64,000 nucleotides of DNA from the sequence record MK250028.1, one strand, 5' to 3'. The notes under the pieces were generated by a model that saw only the letters and a list, made by a program, of their open reading frames with translations, ran no database searches and was not told where the DNA came from. This document shows positions 62,988-64,000 of this stretch, in pieces. Both the position numbers and the translations under genes were made by a program. How positions within the stretch are numbered: the stretch's first letter is position 1; each line of letters opens with the position of its first letter.

Positions 62988-64000
62988 TTACATAATACCT
63001 CCAAGAACATCATCAAGACTCATTCCTGCTGCTGGATTTGTAGGAGCTGATGGAGCTGGTGCACCTGCATTCAAAATAGAATCAAGTTCTCCTGTACCTA
63101 CACCAGGAATATTAGCAGCATTAAAACCACCAGGAGTTGTCTGATTCATTGATGTAGCATCACTACCCATTTCAAGACCTGTTGCTGGTGCAGATGGAAT
63201 AGGATTTGCCGGAATTCCTGGACTTACCTGCGGTTGCATAGCTGGTTGCATATAAGGATTTGCTGTAGACATTGCTGCTGGTTGCATACCGGTTGCAGCT
63301 TGCATTGAAGCCTGAGGATTTGTATAAATCTTAATACATGAATTAACAAAATTAGTTGTTTCCTGTGTCCATGCATGATACTCATAAGGTTCAAGTGAAG
63401 GACAATTCTCCTTAAGATATGTAAGAATTGTAGGTTTAATATCTGGATTTGATTCAATTACTTGCTGAGTAATTGGTTGCCATGTCTCCTGACCTTGTGC
63501 ATTCTTAACCTGAATACGAAGAGCGCCATCTGCTGGTTGAAGATCAATAAACTGTGAATCATCAAAGTTATTGAAATTAGACACCAACTTACACTTTACA
63601 TAAAATGGACGTCCAACAAACATATTAAATGGATTTCTTGGAGTTCCCATAGGTGGATTCATCTCATTGTAAATCTTCTCATGAATCTTGATACCATAAC
63701 GCCATACAAGAATCTTACCTACCAACTGAGGTTCTGACTTACATGAAAGAATCTGTACAAGTGAAGCATAACGCTGACGACGTGAAAAATGCTTTGAATT
63801 TTCTTTAAGAACAGGATTCTCACTATTACGAAGTGCAAAGAATGTATCCTGTAGAATATCTGGTTGACCAATTGTAGATGGACAATCAACTTCCATCTGT
63901 GCATTTGTCAAAGGATTCTTAAGGAATACTGTATTCTTAGAAACGATAGATTTATTTGAAGGATCCTCTGGATTTGGAATAAAGCGAATTACTGCATCAT
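62988..64000 (-). CDS. Single-stranded DNA-binding protein (T4 gp32-like; 5' end outside window)
   Basis: DAVIRFIP, RYASLVQI, GKILVWRYGIKI; low-complexity tail ending LDDVLGGIM. Confidence 0.8.
   Translation of the reverse strand, partial: DAVIRFIPNPEDPSNKSIVSKNTVFLKNPLTNAQMEVDCPSTIGQPDILQDTFFALRNSENPVLKENSKHFSRRQRYASLVQILSCKSEPQLVGKILVWRYGIKIHEKIYNEMNPPMGTPRNPFNMFVGRPFYVKCKLVSNFNNFDDSQFIDLQPADGALRIQVKNAQGQETWQPITQQVIESNPDIKPTILTYLKENCPSLEPYEYHAWTQETTNFVNSCIKIYTNPQASMQAATGMQPAAMSTANPYMQPAMQPQVSPGIPANPIPSAPATGLEMGSDATSMNQTTPGGFNAANIPGVGTGELDSILNAGAPAPSAPTNPAAGMSLDDVLGGIM

Noticed and set aside
1-64000. Mass pseudogenisation suggested by many internal stops
   Set aside because: Nearly all internal stops are TAG at Gln-compatible positions. 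Only the TGA at 33665 and the 10-bp duplication at 54263 look like real lesions.

Overview
AT-rich fragment of a large T4-like tailed phage of a Bacteroidota host, most consistent with a Lak-like Prevotella megaphage (inference). It uses genetic code 15: TAG reads as Gln, while TAA and TGA stop. The supplied standard-code ORF track therefore fragments or misses many genes, and the coordinates below were re-derived by hand in code 15. Core genes: tape-measure-like protein (partial), gp21-like prohead protease fused to an acidic region, gp32-like SSB (partial), a family B DNA polymerase in three pieces and a RecA/UvsX in two pieces. The polymerase and RecA each carry a naturally split intein interrupted by free-standing endonuclease genes. 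Accessory genes: PNK, two ClpP paralogues, IF-1, thioredoxin, PTP-like phosphatase, HD proteins, a PRTase, host-like envelope proteins and a TAG-recoded IS607 (TnpA plus TnpB). Two promoter classes recur, plus a possible late class. The most striking unexplained features are two self-contained, ORF-free, helix-rich transcription units of about 0.85 kb and 1.1 kb that share leader motifs and are candidate large structured ncRNAs. No tRNA, rRNA, CRISPR array or reverse transcriptase was seen. All family assignments come from motif recognition by eye, not database searches.
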